Assembly (NCBI GenBank): GCA_043823745.1
Contig: JBDRAN010000003.1
Location: 2,958-66,957 of the forward strand
Source: Candidatus Omnitrophota bacterium
GTDB lineage: Bacteria; Omnitrophota; Gorgyraeia; Duberdicusellales; 4484-171
Length of the DNA: 64,000 bases
Direction of reading: 5' to 3'
Both the position numbers and the translations under genes were made by a program. This document shows, in pieces, positions 1 to 9,443 of the stretch. Position 1 is the first letter of the stretch. Every line of letters begins with the position of its first letter. The notes under the pieces are model-generated. The model worked only from the letters and a program-made list of their open reading frames with translations, searched no databases and was not told the DNA's origin.

Positions 1-2
1 AT

Positions 3-146
3 GCAGGGAAAATTAGTCATGAAGTTGCGGAAGCGTTAGCACTTGAAGAATATGAAAAGTATCGTGTTACTCAGGACAAAAACTATGTTTCCGACTTTGA
101 CCGCGAAGTGAAAAAATTATTAGATTCTAAAAAGAAAAAATCATGA
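3..146 (+). CDS. 3' end of a gene truncated by the window start (C-terminal 47 aa ...ALEEYEKYRVTQDKNYVSDFDREVKKLLDSKKKKS); possibly RhuM-family-like
   Basis: Open frame from the window edge to TGA at 144-146. The C-terminal sequence resembles RhuM-family tails, but the assignment is weak. Confidence 0.3.
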   Translation, partial: AGKISHEVAEALALEEYEKYRVTQDKNYVSDFDREVKKLLDSKKKKS

Positions 147-605
147 CATTCTTACACGTAGACACATTAGTCCAGCAGACAACCGCCGATTACCTGAAAA
201 GTAGAATACCGGGGCCACCTATGGAAATAAAAGTCAACAGAGAAAATAATCCCCTGACGGTTCCTCGTTGTAAAAGAATCAAATAAAAACATTTTTAAAA
301 ATCCGACCGCTCGTCAAATATCTTAAGAGGCACTGGAACAAAGCCACCCACAACGAGATACCGGGGCCGACGCCTTAGTCTCCGGGCCGCCAAAGGCTGT
401 TCCGCAATGACTTAACAGCCTTGATAGCGGTTTTGTGATCAATGCCTAGAATTTTGCCTATCTTTAGGTATGACATACCCAATAAGTGTAATTCGGTCGC
501 TTTTTGGGCTAATTTCTGGTATAGATGAGGTTGTTTAACAGGGGGTATTTTAATATTGGCCAGGATCTCAGCAATGTTTCGAATTGGTTGCGACCGGGTC
601 CACCA

Positions 606-725
606 GTTTAATTTTGCGTGGCAAAATTAAACAGAGCAATTGAGCAATCGAAAATAGAAAATAGATAAAAAAGTACCGCATCAATTGCGGTCTATTCTCG
701 ATTTTCTATTGATCAAAATCGGCAA
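606..725. repeat. Structured repeat element, copy A: 12-bp stem hairpin (gtttaattttgc-gtg-gcaaaattaaac) + conserved 27-mer agagcaattgagcaatcgaaaatagaa + imperfect inverted partner
   Basis: A second copy lies at 28211-28370. The conserved 27-mers are identical. The hairpin stems differ by a compensatory A:T to G:C change. Confidence 0.6.
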
Positions 726-825
726 CGCCTTTACAAAAAGAAAAGTCAACTCGTCCATCGTCCCTCTTCCTATATTCTTTTTTAATCCGCACTTTTCCCA
801 CGCATATAATTATTTTTTTCTTCTC

Positions 826-854
826 TTGACCAACGCAAAAAACTTTATATAATG
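826..854 (+). promoter_or_regulatory. Sigma-70-like promoter for trxA (TTGACC-N17-TATAAT)
   Basis: ttgaccaacgcaaaaaactttatataat immediately upstream of the trxA leader. Confidence 0.5.
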
Positions 855-908
855 AATTTTTGTCGAAACAAACATCGCGACTACACCGTTCGTAAAAGAG
901 GGGGCACT

Positions 909-1226
909 ATGGAGGTGGCAATAACCAGTAAGAACTTTGCAACCGAAGTCATTGAATCAAAAATACCTGTCTTAATTGATTTTTGGGCTCCCTGGTGCGG
1001 CCCCTGTAAAATAATAGCACCGAATATTGAAGCGGTTGCGAAAGAGCAAAAAGGAAAAATTAAAGTTTGTAAAATTAACGTTGACGAAGCCCCTGATGTT
1101 GCGACCAAATTTACCGTAATGAGCATTCCCACGGTAATGATTTTTAAGGGCGGAAAGGTGATGGAAAAAAAAGTCGGTTCCCTGAGCAAGCGCGACTTGG
1201 ATAAATTGATTCAACCATACCTTTGA
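909..1226 (+). CDS. trxA: Thioredoxin
   Basis: WCGPC active-site motif and thioredoxin fold-length (105 aa). RBS AGAGGGGG lies before ATG 909. The ORF-track start at 852 lacks an RBS. Confidence 0.9.
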   Translation: MEVAITSKNFATEVIESKIPVLIDFWAPWCGPCKIIAPNIEAVAKEQKGKIKVCKINVDEAPDVATKFTVMSIPTVMIFKGGKVMEKKVGSLSKRDLDKLIQPYL

Positions 1227-1310
1227 TATTACTACCTTACTACCTTGCGATGCAAAAAAAGCTTGCATTTTAAAAAGGTAGTTACTATAATAGATAAAAG
1301 GAGGTGCATT

Positions 1311-1685
1311 ATGGGTTCAAAAAAGTTTGTAGGTCTTATGGTAGTCGCTCTTTTAATCGCGTCCTTCTGTGTTCCCGCCTTTGCTCAAAGCAAAAAGGAA
1401 TACATGGACCAACTTTCCGCCGCACGCTCAACCTTTATATCTGAGCGCGACAAACTGCATGACCAGGACCGGACACTACGGGTCAGCTGGCATAACGAAA
1501 GAGCGGAATTATACAAGCAGCTGAAAGCAAATCCTGGCGATAGGGCAATCCAGGGACAGATCAATGATGGCGCAAAGAAATTTTTAGCCGACAAGAAAGA
1601 TGTATATCAGAGGCTCGAGCAGCAGCGGAAAGACTGGCTTCAAGCTAAGAAAGAAATAGGCAGTCAAATCAAAAGCGCATCTTAA
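1311..1685 (+). CDS. Secreted hypothetical protein (signal peptide, Lys/Gln-rich helical)
   Basis: RBS AAGGAGG precedes ATG 1311. The N-terminus KKFVGLMVVALLIASFCVPAFA has a signal-peptide pattern. Confidence 0.55.
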   Translation: MGSKKFVGLMVVALLIASFCVPAFAQSKKEYMDQLSAARSTFISERDKLHDQDRTLRVSWHNERAELYKQLKANPGDRAIQGQINDGAKKFLADKKDVYQRLEQQRKDWLQAKKEIGSQIKSAS

Positions 1686-1710
1686 TACTCTTTTTTATGA
1701 CATCATACGC

Positions 1711-1748
1711 ACCCCAGCTCTTCATGAGCTGGGGTGTTTTTGTTTTCA
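1711..1748 (+). terminator. Rho-independent terminator
   Basis: accccagctc-ttcat-gagctggggt followed by gtttttgtttt. Confidence 0.8.
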
Positions 1749-1873
1749 TACGCACGTTCGCGCTATCGGTACACGGAAGTATGCTTTCCTAAAAGAATTT
1801 GCATTATGCGTCCAGTCACTATATAATAGGTTTTCAGATGCGCATGAGCGCTCTATTACAAAGGGGGATAACG

Positions 1874-2218
1874 ATGTCTGAAGAAAAAAAAGATCTTGGA
1901 CCAACATCGACTGGAATGCAGGCTAATATTGCGGGGCTCCTGTGTTACCTGGTCGGCTTTATCACCGGTATTGTGTTTTATCTTGTTGAGAAAAACAATA
2001 AATTTGTCAGATTTCACGCTATGCAATCAATTATCGCGTTCGGATTCCTTTTCGTAATGGCTACCTTATTGCCGTGGATTCCGGTTATCGGCTGGATACT
2101 AACGCCGGTACTCTGGGTCGTTAACTTAGTGCTCTGGATCGTTTTAATGATAAAGGCATACCAGGGCGAGCTTTTTAAATTACCGATAGCGGGGGATATA
2201 GCCGAGAAAAATTCCTGA
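1874..2218 (+). CDS. DUF4870-like small membrane protein
   Basis: RBS AAGGGGG precedes ATG 1874. Two to three TM helices and an FHAMQS motif typical of DUF4870. Confidence 0.55.
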   Translation: MSEEKKDLGPTSTGMQANIAGLLCYLVGFITGIVFYLVEKNNKFVRFHAMQSIIAFGFLFVMATLLPWIPVIGWILTPVLWVVNLVLWIVLMIKAYQGELFKLPIAGDIAEKNS

Positions 2219-2276
2219 CGCCAAACGGCCGCTCACATACCGATACGCAGAACGTCCGTCTACTCATAAGATTTTG

Positions 2277-2304
2277 TTGACAAAAAAAGAGCTGCTGCTA
2301 TACT
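2277..2304 (+). promoter_or_regulatory. Sigma-70-like promoter of the hydrogenase operon (TTGACA-N16-TATACT)
   Basis: ttgacaaaaaaagagctgctgctatact. Confidence 0.5.
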
Positions 2305-2332
2305 AGGTGAAATTTTTTATTTTTACCCACTA

Positions 2333-2350
2333 TTGTGAATTAATTCACAA
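2333..2350 (+). promoter_or_regulatory. Perfect 18-bp palindrome TTGTGAATTAATTCACAA (CRP/FNR-family type TGTGA-N6-TCACA site) abutting the first hydrogenase gene
   Basis: The palindrome is perfect. It lies between the putative -10 element and ATG 2351. Confidence 0.55.
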
Positions 2351-3379
2351 ATGCAGGAAAAAACGAACGTATTCATTTCTGAAGAAAACTTCATAAAGCT
2401 CTTGGAAAGCCTTTCGCGCGAATACCGGGTGGTTTCCCCGCAAGGAACAGAGAACTTTATGTGGCAAGAAACAACCGCCGCCACGCATAAACCCTATCGC
2501 GCTATCAGTTCCATACGACAATTCCTTATCCCGCCCGTCGAATGGCTCAGCGATTATTTTAAAAACGACTCCGGATCCCATAAGCCCTACTGCATCGTCA
2601 ATGCAAAAAATTGCGATCTCGCATCGCTGGCGACACATGATTTCGTATTCCTGGGAGAGACTCCCGACCAGCGCTACATGGAAATGCGCGAACGCAACCT
2701 CATTATTTCAAGCGACTGTACGTCTTTTAAAAATGTCTGTTTTTGTCTGGCGCTCGATATAAAGCCTTATCCTGAAAAACTTTTTGACCTCAATCTATCG
2801 CCTATCAAAAACGGCTATCTGGTTGAAATCGGCTCAACCAAAGGCCGCGAGACTGTTACCGCTAACCCGGCGCTGTTCCAGGAACCATTAGACGCACAGA
2901 TGCTTGCCCGTCAAGAGATTCGAAAAGAGGTGAATGAACGACTCTGGTATCATCTGAAGTCACAAAATCTTCCTCCAAAACAAGAACTACACCGCTTGAT
3001 AAAAAATGGCTACGAGCATGGAGTCTGGCAGGAAGAATCGACCCGCTGTGTTGAATGTGGCGCGTGTATCATGAATTGCCCCACCTGCCACTGCTTTTTG
3101 CTTTTTGACCAAAAAAAAGAACAGGGTTACCTGAGGGGAAGGGTCTGGGATGGGTGCCAATTAAAAAATTTTACGCGCGTTGCCGGAGGCGCGAATCCGC
3201 TTAAAATGCGCAGCCACCGGCTTCGTAACCGCTATATCAAGAAATTTGAGTTTTTCCCTGATATCATGAACGCATATGCCTGTACCGGCTGTGGACGTTG
3301 CATCGAATGCTGCTCCGGTAAGATCGATTTGCGCCATATCTTTAAGTGTCTGGCCGGAACAGAACCCATAAAAACGTAA
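2351..3379 (+). CDS. FeS subunit, sulfhydrogenase beta (HydB) / anaerobic sulfite reductase AsrA-like
   Basis: Two ferredoxin-type motifs, CVECGACIMNCPTCHC and CTGCGRCIECC. The N-terminal region is typical of HydB/AsrA. It is immediately followed by a HydG/AsrB-like gene. Confidence 0.7.
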   Translation: MQEKTNVFISEENFIKLLESLSREYRVVSPQGTENFMWQETTAATHKPYRAISSIRQFLIPPVEWLSDYFKNDSGSHKPYCIVNAKNCDLASLATHDFVFLGETPDQRYMEMRERNLIISSDCTSFKNVCFCLALDIKPYPEKLFDLNLSPIKNGYLVEIGSTKGRETVTANPALFQEPLDAQMLARQEIRKEVNERLWYHLKSQNLPPKQELHRLIKNGYEHGVWQEESTRCVECGACIMNCPTCHCFLLFDQKKEQGYLRGRVWDGCQLKNFTRVAGGANPLKMRSHRLRNRYIKKFEFFPDIMNAYACTGCGRCIECCSGKIDLRHIFKCLAGTEPIKT

Positions 3380-3385
3380 ATTGTA

Positions 3386-4201
3386 ATGAAAAACATCTAT
3401 TTACCCAAAAAAGTTACGATTACCAAAATTATCGAAGAAACACCGACAATTAAAACATTTGTCTTTAAGCCTGAGTCCGAGTTTTCTTTTTTAACAGGCC
3501 AATTTGTGGAGTTAACATACCCGGGTGCGGGAGAAGCTCCTTTCACACCTTCTTCCGATCCCAGTAGAAAGGATGCATTTGAAATAACAATCATGAAGGT
3601 AGGTACGGTAACTGAGTTATTCCACCGGGCACAGCCGGGAGACGTTCTGGGTATACGCGGACCCTACGGTAAAGGCTACCCCCTGGATACGTTTAAAGGG
3701 AAAGAATTATTGATCGTCGGCGGAGGAGTAGGCCTTGCGCCACTACGCTCTCTTATCTACGCGCTCTATCAACGCATCAATGATTTCAAAAAAATTGTTA
3801 TCTGTTACGGCGCACGCACCCCTCAGGATATCATCTATAAATACCAGATCGATGAGTTCAAGAAGCAAAAAAATGTCGAATTTCGCTTGACCGTCGACAA
3901 GGGGGATCCGGCCTGGAAGGGAAATGTAGGCCTGGTTACCTCGATTCTTACGAATCTACCGATTAATATAAAGGAAGCAGTAGGTATTGTCTGCGGCCCC
4001 CCGATTATGATGAAATTCGCCAACTTAAAACTTCTTGAGCTGGGCTTTGAAACTACAAATATTTATCTTTCTCTGGAGAAAAACATGAGCTGCGGCCTTG
4101 GTAAGTGCGGACATTGCCGCCTCGGCAAATATTACATCTGTAAGGACGGTCCGGTATTTCGCTATGAAGATATTAAGAACATTCACGATGCCTGGGATTA
4201 A
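3386..4201 (+). CDS. FAD/NAD(P)H-binding 2Fe-2S subunit, sulfhydrogenase gamma (HydG) / AsrB / PyrK-like
   Basis: FNR-like FAD-binding barrel, GGGVGLAPL NAD(P)-binding motif and a C-terminal CGLGKCGHCRLG...C 2Fe-2S motif. Confidence 0.8.
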   Translation: MKNIYLPKKVTITKIIEETPTIKTFVFKPESEFSFLTGQFVELTYPGAGEAPFTPSSDPSRKDAFEITIMKVGTVTELFHRAQPGDVLGIRGPYGKGYPLDTFKGKELLIVGGGVGLAPLRSLIYALYQRINDFKKIVICYGARTPQDIIYKYQIDEFKKQKNVEFRLTVDKGDPAWKGNVGLVTSILTNLPINIKEAVGIVCGPPIMMKFANLKLLELGFETTNIYLSLEKNMSCGLGKCGHCRLGKYYICKDGPVFRYEDIKNIHDAWD

Positions 4202-4349
4202 ATCGCTACAGACTGCAAGCCACAAGATTAAAATCCTGTAGCCTGTCCCGTTTCCTATATCGATAGAGCGGGTGCGGGACGCCCCGATCCTTATTATATG
4301 TTTTAGGGGTAACGGGGCTGAAGCTTGTAACCTGAAGCATAAAGAATTT

Positions 4350-4850
4350 ATGAAAAAATTATTTCTCGATTTAGAAAAATGCGACGCCTGCCCCGAGTGT
4401 GTGGTGAAATGCAGCTATATCTACCATCCGCAGAATAACGGCATCGGGAGCATTCGGGAGCTTGCGACCTTCGCGCTGATTTGTCATCGCTGCGAAGAAG
4501 CTCCCTGTGTGAACTCCTGTTATCATAAGGCGCTCGAAAAAGAAACCGATGGTATCGTGCGAAGAGCTAAGATGCTGTGCACCTCATGCAAAACCTGCAG
4601 CATCGCCTGTCCGTTTGGCGTAATATTTCCTGATTTTCTGCAATATCTTGATTCACGCTGCGACTTTTGCATTGGAAAGAAAACTGAACCGGCATGCATA
4701 CTCACATGCCCGTATCACGCGATAGAAACGCGAGAAATAGAGAATGAAGATATCACCCAGGGGATTTATCTTGTTTCTGATATGCTGGCGGTAAAACACC
4801 CCAGGAAATGGTTCCTGGACGACAAGGCGCTCTATATTAAAAAAAGATAA
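4350..4850 (+). CDS. Multi-cluster 4Fe-4S ferredoxin subunit (HycB/HyfA-like)
   Basis: Four Cys-rich cluster motifs: CDACPECVVKC, CHRCEEAPCVNSC, CTSCKTCSIACP and CDFCIGK...C. Start moved to MKKLF at 4350. Confidence 0.7.
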   Translation: MKKLFLDLEKCDACPECVVKCSYIYHPQNNGIGSIRELATFALICHRCEEAPCVNSCYHKALEKETDGIVRRAKMLCTSCKTCSIACPFGVIFPDFLQYLDSRCDFCIGKKTEPACILTCPYHAIETREIENEDITQGIYLVSDMLAVKHPRKWFLDDKALYIKKR

Positions 4851-4852
4851 CG

Positions 4853-5791
4853 ATGTGCCCACGATACCTTCTATATTTTAACTATCTCATTTTTCCCGGA
4901 ATTCTTTTTTCCCTCTTTATGGGGGGTATGGGCTGGTGGTTTGAGCGGAAGCTTACCGCGCGCTTTCAATATCGCGTAGGCCCTCCCTGGTATCAAAGCT
5001 TCATGGATGCAGCCAAACTATTCGTTAAAGAAACACTCATACCTGACAATGCGCTTAAACCCCTCTTTATTGCCGCCCCCATCATAAGTTTCTCCGCGGC
5101 GGCAACTTTTACGGTGCTCGTGGGACAAATTTATTTTACCGGCACAAACCCGGTCGCTGACGCAATCGTTCTCTTATATCTTTTGGTCATACCGCCGCTT
5201 TTTGTAATACTGGGCGCATTTTCATCGCGCAATCCCTTAGCACTGACCGGCGCGGCGCGGGAAATAAAAATGATGCTTGCCTATGAGTTTATTTTTATTA
5301 CGGTTCTTGTCATCGTCATTATTAAATCGGGCGGCTCAATCTTATTTTCCGATATCATCAGTGCCCAAAGCGCTACGCACATGCATATCGCGAGTTTCTC
5401 CGGTGCCATTGCGTTTTTTCTTGGGATTTTTTATATTCAAGCGAAATTGGGAATCGTGCCTTTTGACGTGGCGGAGGCGGAACAAGAAATTATGGCCGGG
5501 ACCATGATTGAATATTCAGGCTCGCTTCTTGGACTGTATCGGCTCGCGAAAATGTTCCTTTATTTTTCACTACCGCTTTTTATCACCATCCTGCTTTTTT
5601 CCGGAACACAGACCACCCTTATCGGAAAAATACTGCACCTTGTAATCGTCTATGGCGTAATAATGCTGATCGTTTCGGTCATAAAGAATATTAATCCGCG
5701 GGCGCGGGTCAAAGATGCCTTGGGATTTTTTTGGTTTTTCTTATTTCCCCTGGGCCTTGTCGGGATTATACTGGCTATGAACGGACTTTAA
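4853..5791 (+). CDS. Membrane subunit, NuoH/HycD/MbhM family
   Basis: NuoH signature ERKLTARFQYRVGP and eight TM helices. Confidence 0.85.
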   Translation: MCPRYLLYFNYLIFPGILFSLFMGGMGWWFERKLTARFQYRVGPPWYQSFMDAAKLFVKETLIPDNALKPLFIAAPIISFSAAATFTVLVGQIYFTGTNPVADAIVLLYLLVIPPLFVILGAFSSRNPLALTGAAREIKMMLAYEFIFITVLVIVIIKSGGSILFSDIISAQSATHMHIASFSGAIAFFLGIFYIQAKLGIVPFDVAEAEQEIMAGTMIEYSGSLLGLYRLAKMFLYFSLPLFITILLFSGTQTTLIGKILHLVIVYGVIMLIVSVIKNINPRARVKDALGFFWFFLFPLGLVGIILAMNGL

Positions 5792-6214
5792 ATGGGCTTA
5801 AAAGAACTCATACTTACTAAATCGCTCTGGGTATTCCACTTAAGCGTGGGCAGTTGTAACAACTGCGACATCGAAATTATTGACTGCCTTACTCCGCGTT
5901 TCGATATTGAGCGACTCGGTATGCAGCTTGCCGCAAGCATCAGACATGCCGATGTGCTGCTCGTTACCGGCGCGCTTAACAAAAAATCGACGCCGATGCT
6001 TAAAAACCTCCTTACGCAGGCACCAAAGCCCTGTTTTGTGGTTGCGGTAGGAACGTGCCCGTGCTCTCGACATATGTTTAAAAACAGTTATAATACCGTA
6101 GCCGCCCTCGATGAAGTGATACCCGTTGATCTTTACATCCCGGGTTGCCCGCCCAAACCCGAAGCGATTATCGCGGGAGTGGCAAAACTTATCAAGAAGG
6201 TGACGCGAAAATGA
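5792..6214 (+). CDS. [NiFe] hydrogenase group-4 small subunit (NuoB/HycG/MbhJ-like)
   Basis: Proximal 4Fe-4S cysteines (CNNC...C...GCPP) of the NuoB fold. Confidence 0.9.
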   Translation: MGLKELILTKSLWVFHLSVGSCNNCDIEIIDCLTPRFDIERLGMQLAASIRHADVLLVTGALNKKSTPMLKNLLTQAPKPCFVVAVGTCPCSRHMFKNSYNTVAALDEVIPVDLYIPGCPPKPEAIIAGVAKLIKKVTRK

Positions 6215-6645
6215 TACAAGAACAAGTCAAAGAAAAGTTAGGAAAAAAAACAACCGACTGGAAGGCAACCAGCAGCCGCAGGATATACTTTACGATCGCG
6301 CAGAAAGATATCAGCGACGTTGGAAAAATCCTGCATAAAGATATGAACATGCGCCTCGCCACGATTAGCGGAGTGGATGAGCAGACGCACTTCGAACTTA
6401 TCTATCACTTCAGCCACGATGCAACAGGAGAGCTGTTCAATGTACGCGTATTGTTAACCGACCGAAAAAATCCATGCATCGATTCACTCTCGACACTCTT
6501 TGAGGCTGCTGACTGGTCAGAACGTGAAATCCATGAGATGCTCGGCATTGATTTTAAGGGGCATCTCAATCTCAAACATCTCTTATTAAACGACGCCTGG
6601 CCCCAGGGAAAATATCCGTTACGAAAGGATTATGTCAATGAGTGA
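6211..6645 (+). CDS. NuoC-like 30 kDa subunit (HycE N-domain/MbhK-like)
   Basis: ATGA overlap with the upstream gene. NuoC-family sequence with FELIYHF and DWSEREIHEMLGI motifs. Confidence 0.8.
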   Translation: MIQEQVKEKLGKKTTDWKATSSRRIYFTIAQKDISDVGKILHKDMNMRLATISGVDEQTHFELIYHFSHDATGELFNVRVLLTDRKNPCIDSLSTLFEAADWSEREIHEMLGIDFKGHLNLKHLLLNDAWPQGKYPLRKDYVNE

Positions 6646-7825
6646 AAAAAAAGTAATACCCATCGGCCCCTATCATCCGCTCCAGGAAGAGCCTGAATTT
6701 TTTAAGCTCATCGTTGAGGGCGAACGCGTTACGGAGCTTATCATCGAGATCGGCTACAACCATCGCGGTATCGAGAAACTGGCGGAGTCAAAACACTGGG
6801 ACCAAGTTGCGTTCGCGGTGGAGCGCATCTGCGGTATATGCTCAACGTCGCATCCCTTTGCCTATGTCTTGGCGGTCGAGGACCTCCTGGGCATTGCCGT
6901 CCCTGAGCGTGCCAGCTACATCCGCATGATCATCGATGAAATGCAGCGTCTCCATTCCCATCTCTTATGGCTTGGCTTGGCCGGCCACTTTATCGGCTAC
7001 AACACTATTTGGATGTGGGCATGGAAAGCGCGAGAGCCGATCCTTGATCTTTTTGAACACATCACCGGCAACCGCCAGCATTATGCAATGATGAAAATAG
7101 GAGGAGTTCGCCGTGATATCAGAGAAGAGGACTATCCGGCGATACATAAAGCGCTTAAGGAACTCTATCCTACGCTTACCATGTTTGCCAAAGCTGTTAA
7201 CGATGACCCGGTAATACAGAAGCGCACCAAAGATGTCGGTATTTTAACAAAAGAGAAAGCGATTTCCTTTGGCGCGCTGGGCCCCATTGCCCGCGCTTCC
7301 GGCGTTGATATTGATGTCCGTCGAGATGACCCCTACGCGCTCTACGCGAACGTAAATTGGTCGGTCGTAGTCAAAGACAGTGGCGACATCTATGATAAGG
7401 TTCTGGTACGGATCCTTGAGATGTTTGAATCCTGTTCTATTATCCAGCAGTGCGTAACCAAGATCCAACCAGGCCCCATAGAGACGGAAGTCAGGGATAT
7501 ACCGCCGGGAGAAGGCATCGGCAGGGTAGAGGCCCCGCGTGGCGAATGCTTCCATTACGTAAAAAGCGACGGTACCAACAGGCCGGTACGCCATAAAATA
7601 AGAGCGCCCTCCTTGATGAATGTTCCTACTAACCTGGTTACTGTTCCCGGGTATACTATTTCTGACGCAGCGATCACTCTGGCAGCGGTGGACCCCTGTT
7701 ACTGTTGCACCGAACGAAGCGCTGCATTCAGCAAAAACGGCAAAAAAATATTTACCGGCGAAGAACTCGTTGCGCTCTCAATCGAAAAAACAAACCAACT
7801 ACGTAAACAGTATGATAACCAATAA
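6632..7825 (+). CDS. [NiFe] hydrogenase large (catalytic) subunit, group 4 (NuoD fold)
   Basis: N-terminal RICGICSTSH and C-terminal DPCYCCTER Ni-Fe ligand motifs. A roughly 30-aa C-terminal extension follows, the usual maturation-protease substrate. Confidence 0.9.
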   Translation: MSMSEKKVIPIGPYHPLQEEPEFFKLIVEGERVTELIIEIGYNHRGIEKLAESKHWDQVAFAVERICGICSTSHPFAYVLAVEDLLGIAVPERASYIRMIIDEMQRLHSHLLWLGLAGHFIGYNTIWMWAWKAREPILDLFEHITGNRQHYAMMKIGGVRRDIREEDYPAIHKALKELYPTLTMFAKAVNDDPVIQKRTKDVGILTKEKAISFGALGPIARASGVDIDVRRDDPYALYANVNWSVVVKDSGDIYDKVLVRILEMFESCSIIQQCVTKIQPGPIETEVRDIPPGEGIGRVEAPRGECFHYVKSDGTNRPVRHKIRAPSLMNVPTNLVTVPGYTISDAAITLAAVDPCYCCTERSAAFSKNGKKIFTGEELVALSIEKTNQLRKQYDNQ

Positions 7826-9437
7826 TCTATTCCTGGTTGATCCGCTCTCCATATTAATAAGCATTTGTATCTGCTTCTTTACGGTTATCCTCTTTATCTT
7901 TTCGCTCGGCTTCATAAAAACGCAAAGATTTACATATTACACCTGGTTCTTCGCAACTGCCGTAGCCTCCCTTGGTGTTGTTCTCTCAAACCATCTTATC
8001 GCTATTCTCGTCTTCTGGGGATTCCTTGGCCTCGCAATTTTTAAGCTCATTAACGTGTGCCCAGATGCAGAGGCCGCCCGTGCCGCAAAAAAAACATTGA
8101 TTATCATTGGGGGAACTGACGCTTTCCTTTTACTCGGATTTCTTTTATACATGAAACTCGCTGCCTCTACATTTATCACCGGAACATCACTTGCAATACA
8201 CGACTCTCAAACGCTTCTAGCATTTCTCTGTATCGCGGCAGGCGCGTTTGCAAAAGCAGGGTGCATGCCGTTTCATACCTGGATTCCCGATACCGCGGCA
8301 AGTGCACCAGTGCCGGTCGTTGCCTACCTGCCGGCATCGCTTGATAAACTCCTGGGAATCTATCTCCTTATACGCATCGCCAAAGATACGTTTATACTGA
8401 ATGCAACTGCCCAAGGAATCCTTTTCCTTGTCGGGTCAATGACCATTTTATGCGCGGTAATGATGGCGCTCGTTCAACACAATATTAAGCGACTCCTGGG
8501 CTACCATGCGGTATCTCAAGTTGGCTACATGATTCTTGGGATCGGCTGCGCGAGCCCCCTTGGGTTTGCCGCAGCACTTTTTCATATGATTAATCACGCG
8601 ATATATAAATCATGCCTATTCCTCGCTGCCGGAAATGTGGAAAAGCAAACGGGAGCAACCGAAATGGATAAGTTGGGCGGACTAGCAAAGTATATGCCGA
8701 TAACGTTTATTGTTACCTTAATTGCTTCCTTTTCCATTTCAGGCATTCCGCCGTTTAACGGCTTTGTCTCAAAATGGATGGTCTATCAGGGCCTGATAGA
8801 GTTCGCGCAAAGAATCACTTCACTGAAACTACAGATCCTTGCGATTGGAGGCCTGGTTATCGCGCTGGCAGGTTCGAGCTTAACGCTTGCCTCATTCTTA
8901 AAATTAAACTATGGCGTATTTTTAGGAAGCCCGCGCGCGAAAACAAAAGAAGCACGTACAATGCTTCTGATCGCGCCCGTTATTCTTGCCGGCCTCTGTG
9001 TCATTTTCGGAATTTTTTCTCGATACCTGATAATGCCTGTTCTTGTCAGCAGCGTAGGCTATTTTATCTTACCGGGGCTTTGGAACCCCCTCTTAATCAC
9101 TACACTCATTGTCGCGGGCATACTCATCGGCTTTATCTTATTCACTTTTACCGGGAAAAAATTGCGGCAAAGCCCCTCGTTTATCGGCGGAGAACCGCTT
9201 GCGCCAGCAGAGGAAGTCCGGATTGAGGATTTTTATAATACAATAAGAGAATTACGAATACTGAAACGTATTTATCGGCTGGCCGAAGAGAAATTCTTTG
9301 ATATATACGACCAAAGCTCAAATTTTGTTTTCGGAATAGGCAGGTTTTTCCAGTATCTGCATAACGGCGTTTTGCCGACTTATCTAGTCTGGACGCTTTT
9401 AGGCATGATCGGCTTGTTTTTTGTGCTGCTAAGATAA
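7812..9437 (+). CDS. Antiporter-like membrane subunit (MrpA/MrpD/NuoL family)
   Basis: Fourteen or more TM helices and NuoL/MrpD-type conserved motifs. The start at 7812 overlaps the large-subunit stop. Confidence 0.8.
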   Translation: MITNNLFLVDPLSILISICICFFTVILFIFSLGFIKTQRFTYYTWFFATAVASLGVVLSNHLIAILVFWGFLGLAIFKLINVCPDAEAARAAKKTLIIIGGTDAFLLLGFLLYMKLAASTFITGTSLAIHDSQTLLAFLCIAAGAFAKAGCMPFHTWIPDTAASAPVPVVAYLPASLDKLLGIYLLIRIAKDTFILNATAQGILFLVGSMTILCAVMMALVQHNIKRLLGYHAVSQVGYMILGIGCASPLGFAAALFHMINHAIYKSCLFLAAGNVEKQTGATEMDKLGGLAKYMPITFIVTLIASFSISGIPPFNGFVSKWMVYQGLIEFAQRITSLKLQILAIGGLVIALAGSSLTLASFLKLNYGVFLGSPRAKTKEARTMLLIAPVILAGLCVIFGIFSRYLIMPVLVSSVGYFILPGLWNPLLITTLIVAGILIGFILFTFTGKKLRQSPSFIGGEPLAPAEEVRIEDFYNTIRELRILKRIYRLAEEKFFDIYDQSSNFVFGIGRFFQYLHNGVLPTYLVWTLLGMIGLFFVLLR

Positions 9438-9443
9438 ATTTTT

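Noticed and set aside
480-605. Possible tRNA or tRNA fragment ending in ..gggtccacca just before repeat copy A
   Set aside because: - I could not fold a cloverleaf.
- Similarity to the tRNA-Arg 3' end is only a TTCGA-like pentamer.
852-908. Longer N-terminus for trxA (ORF track start 852)
   Set aside because: The upstream in-frame ATG has no RBS and would add a non-conserved 19-aa extension, whereas ATG 909 follows AGAGGGGG.
6714-6929. 71-aa same-strand overlapping ORF inside the hydrogenase large-subunit gene, and similar same-strand overlapping ORFs 8774..9226 and 38310..38708
   Set aside because: Alternative-frame ORFs within strongly supported genes; Arg/Ser-rich composition typical of off-frame translation.
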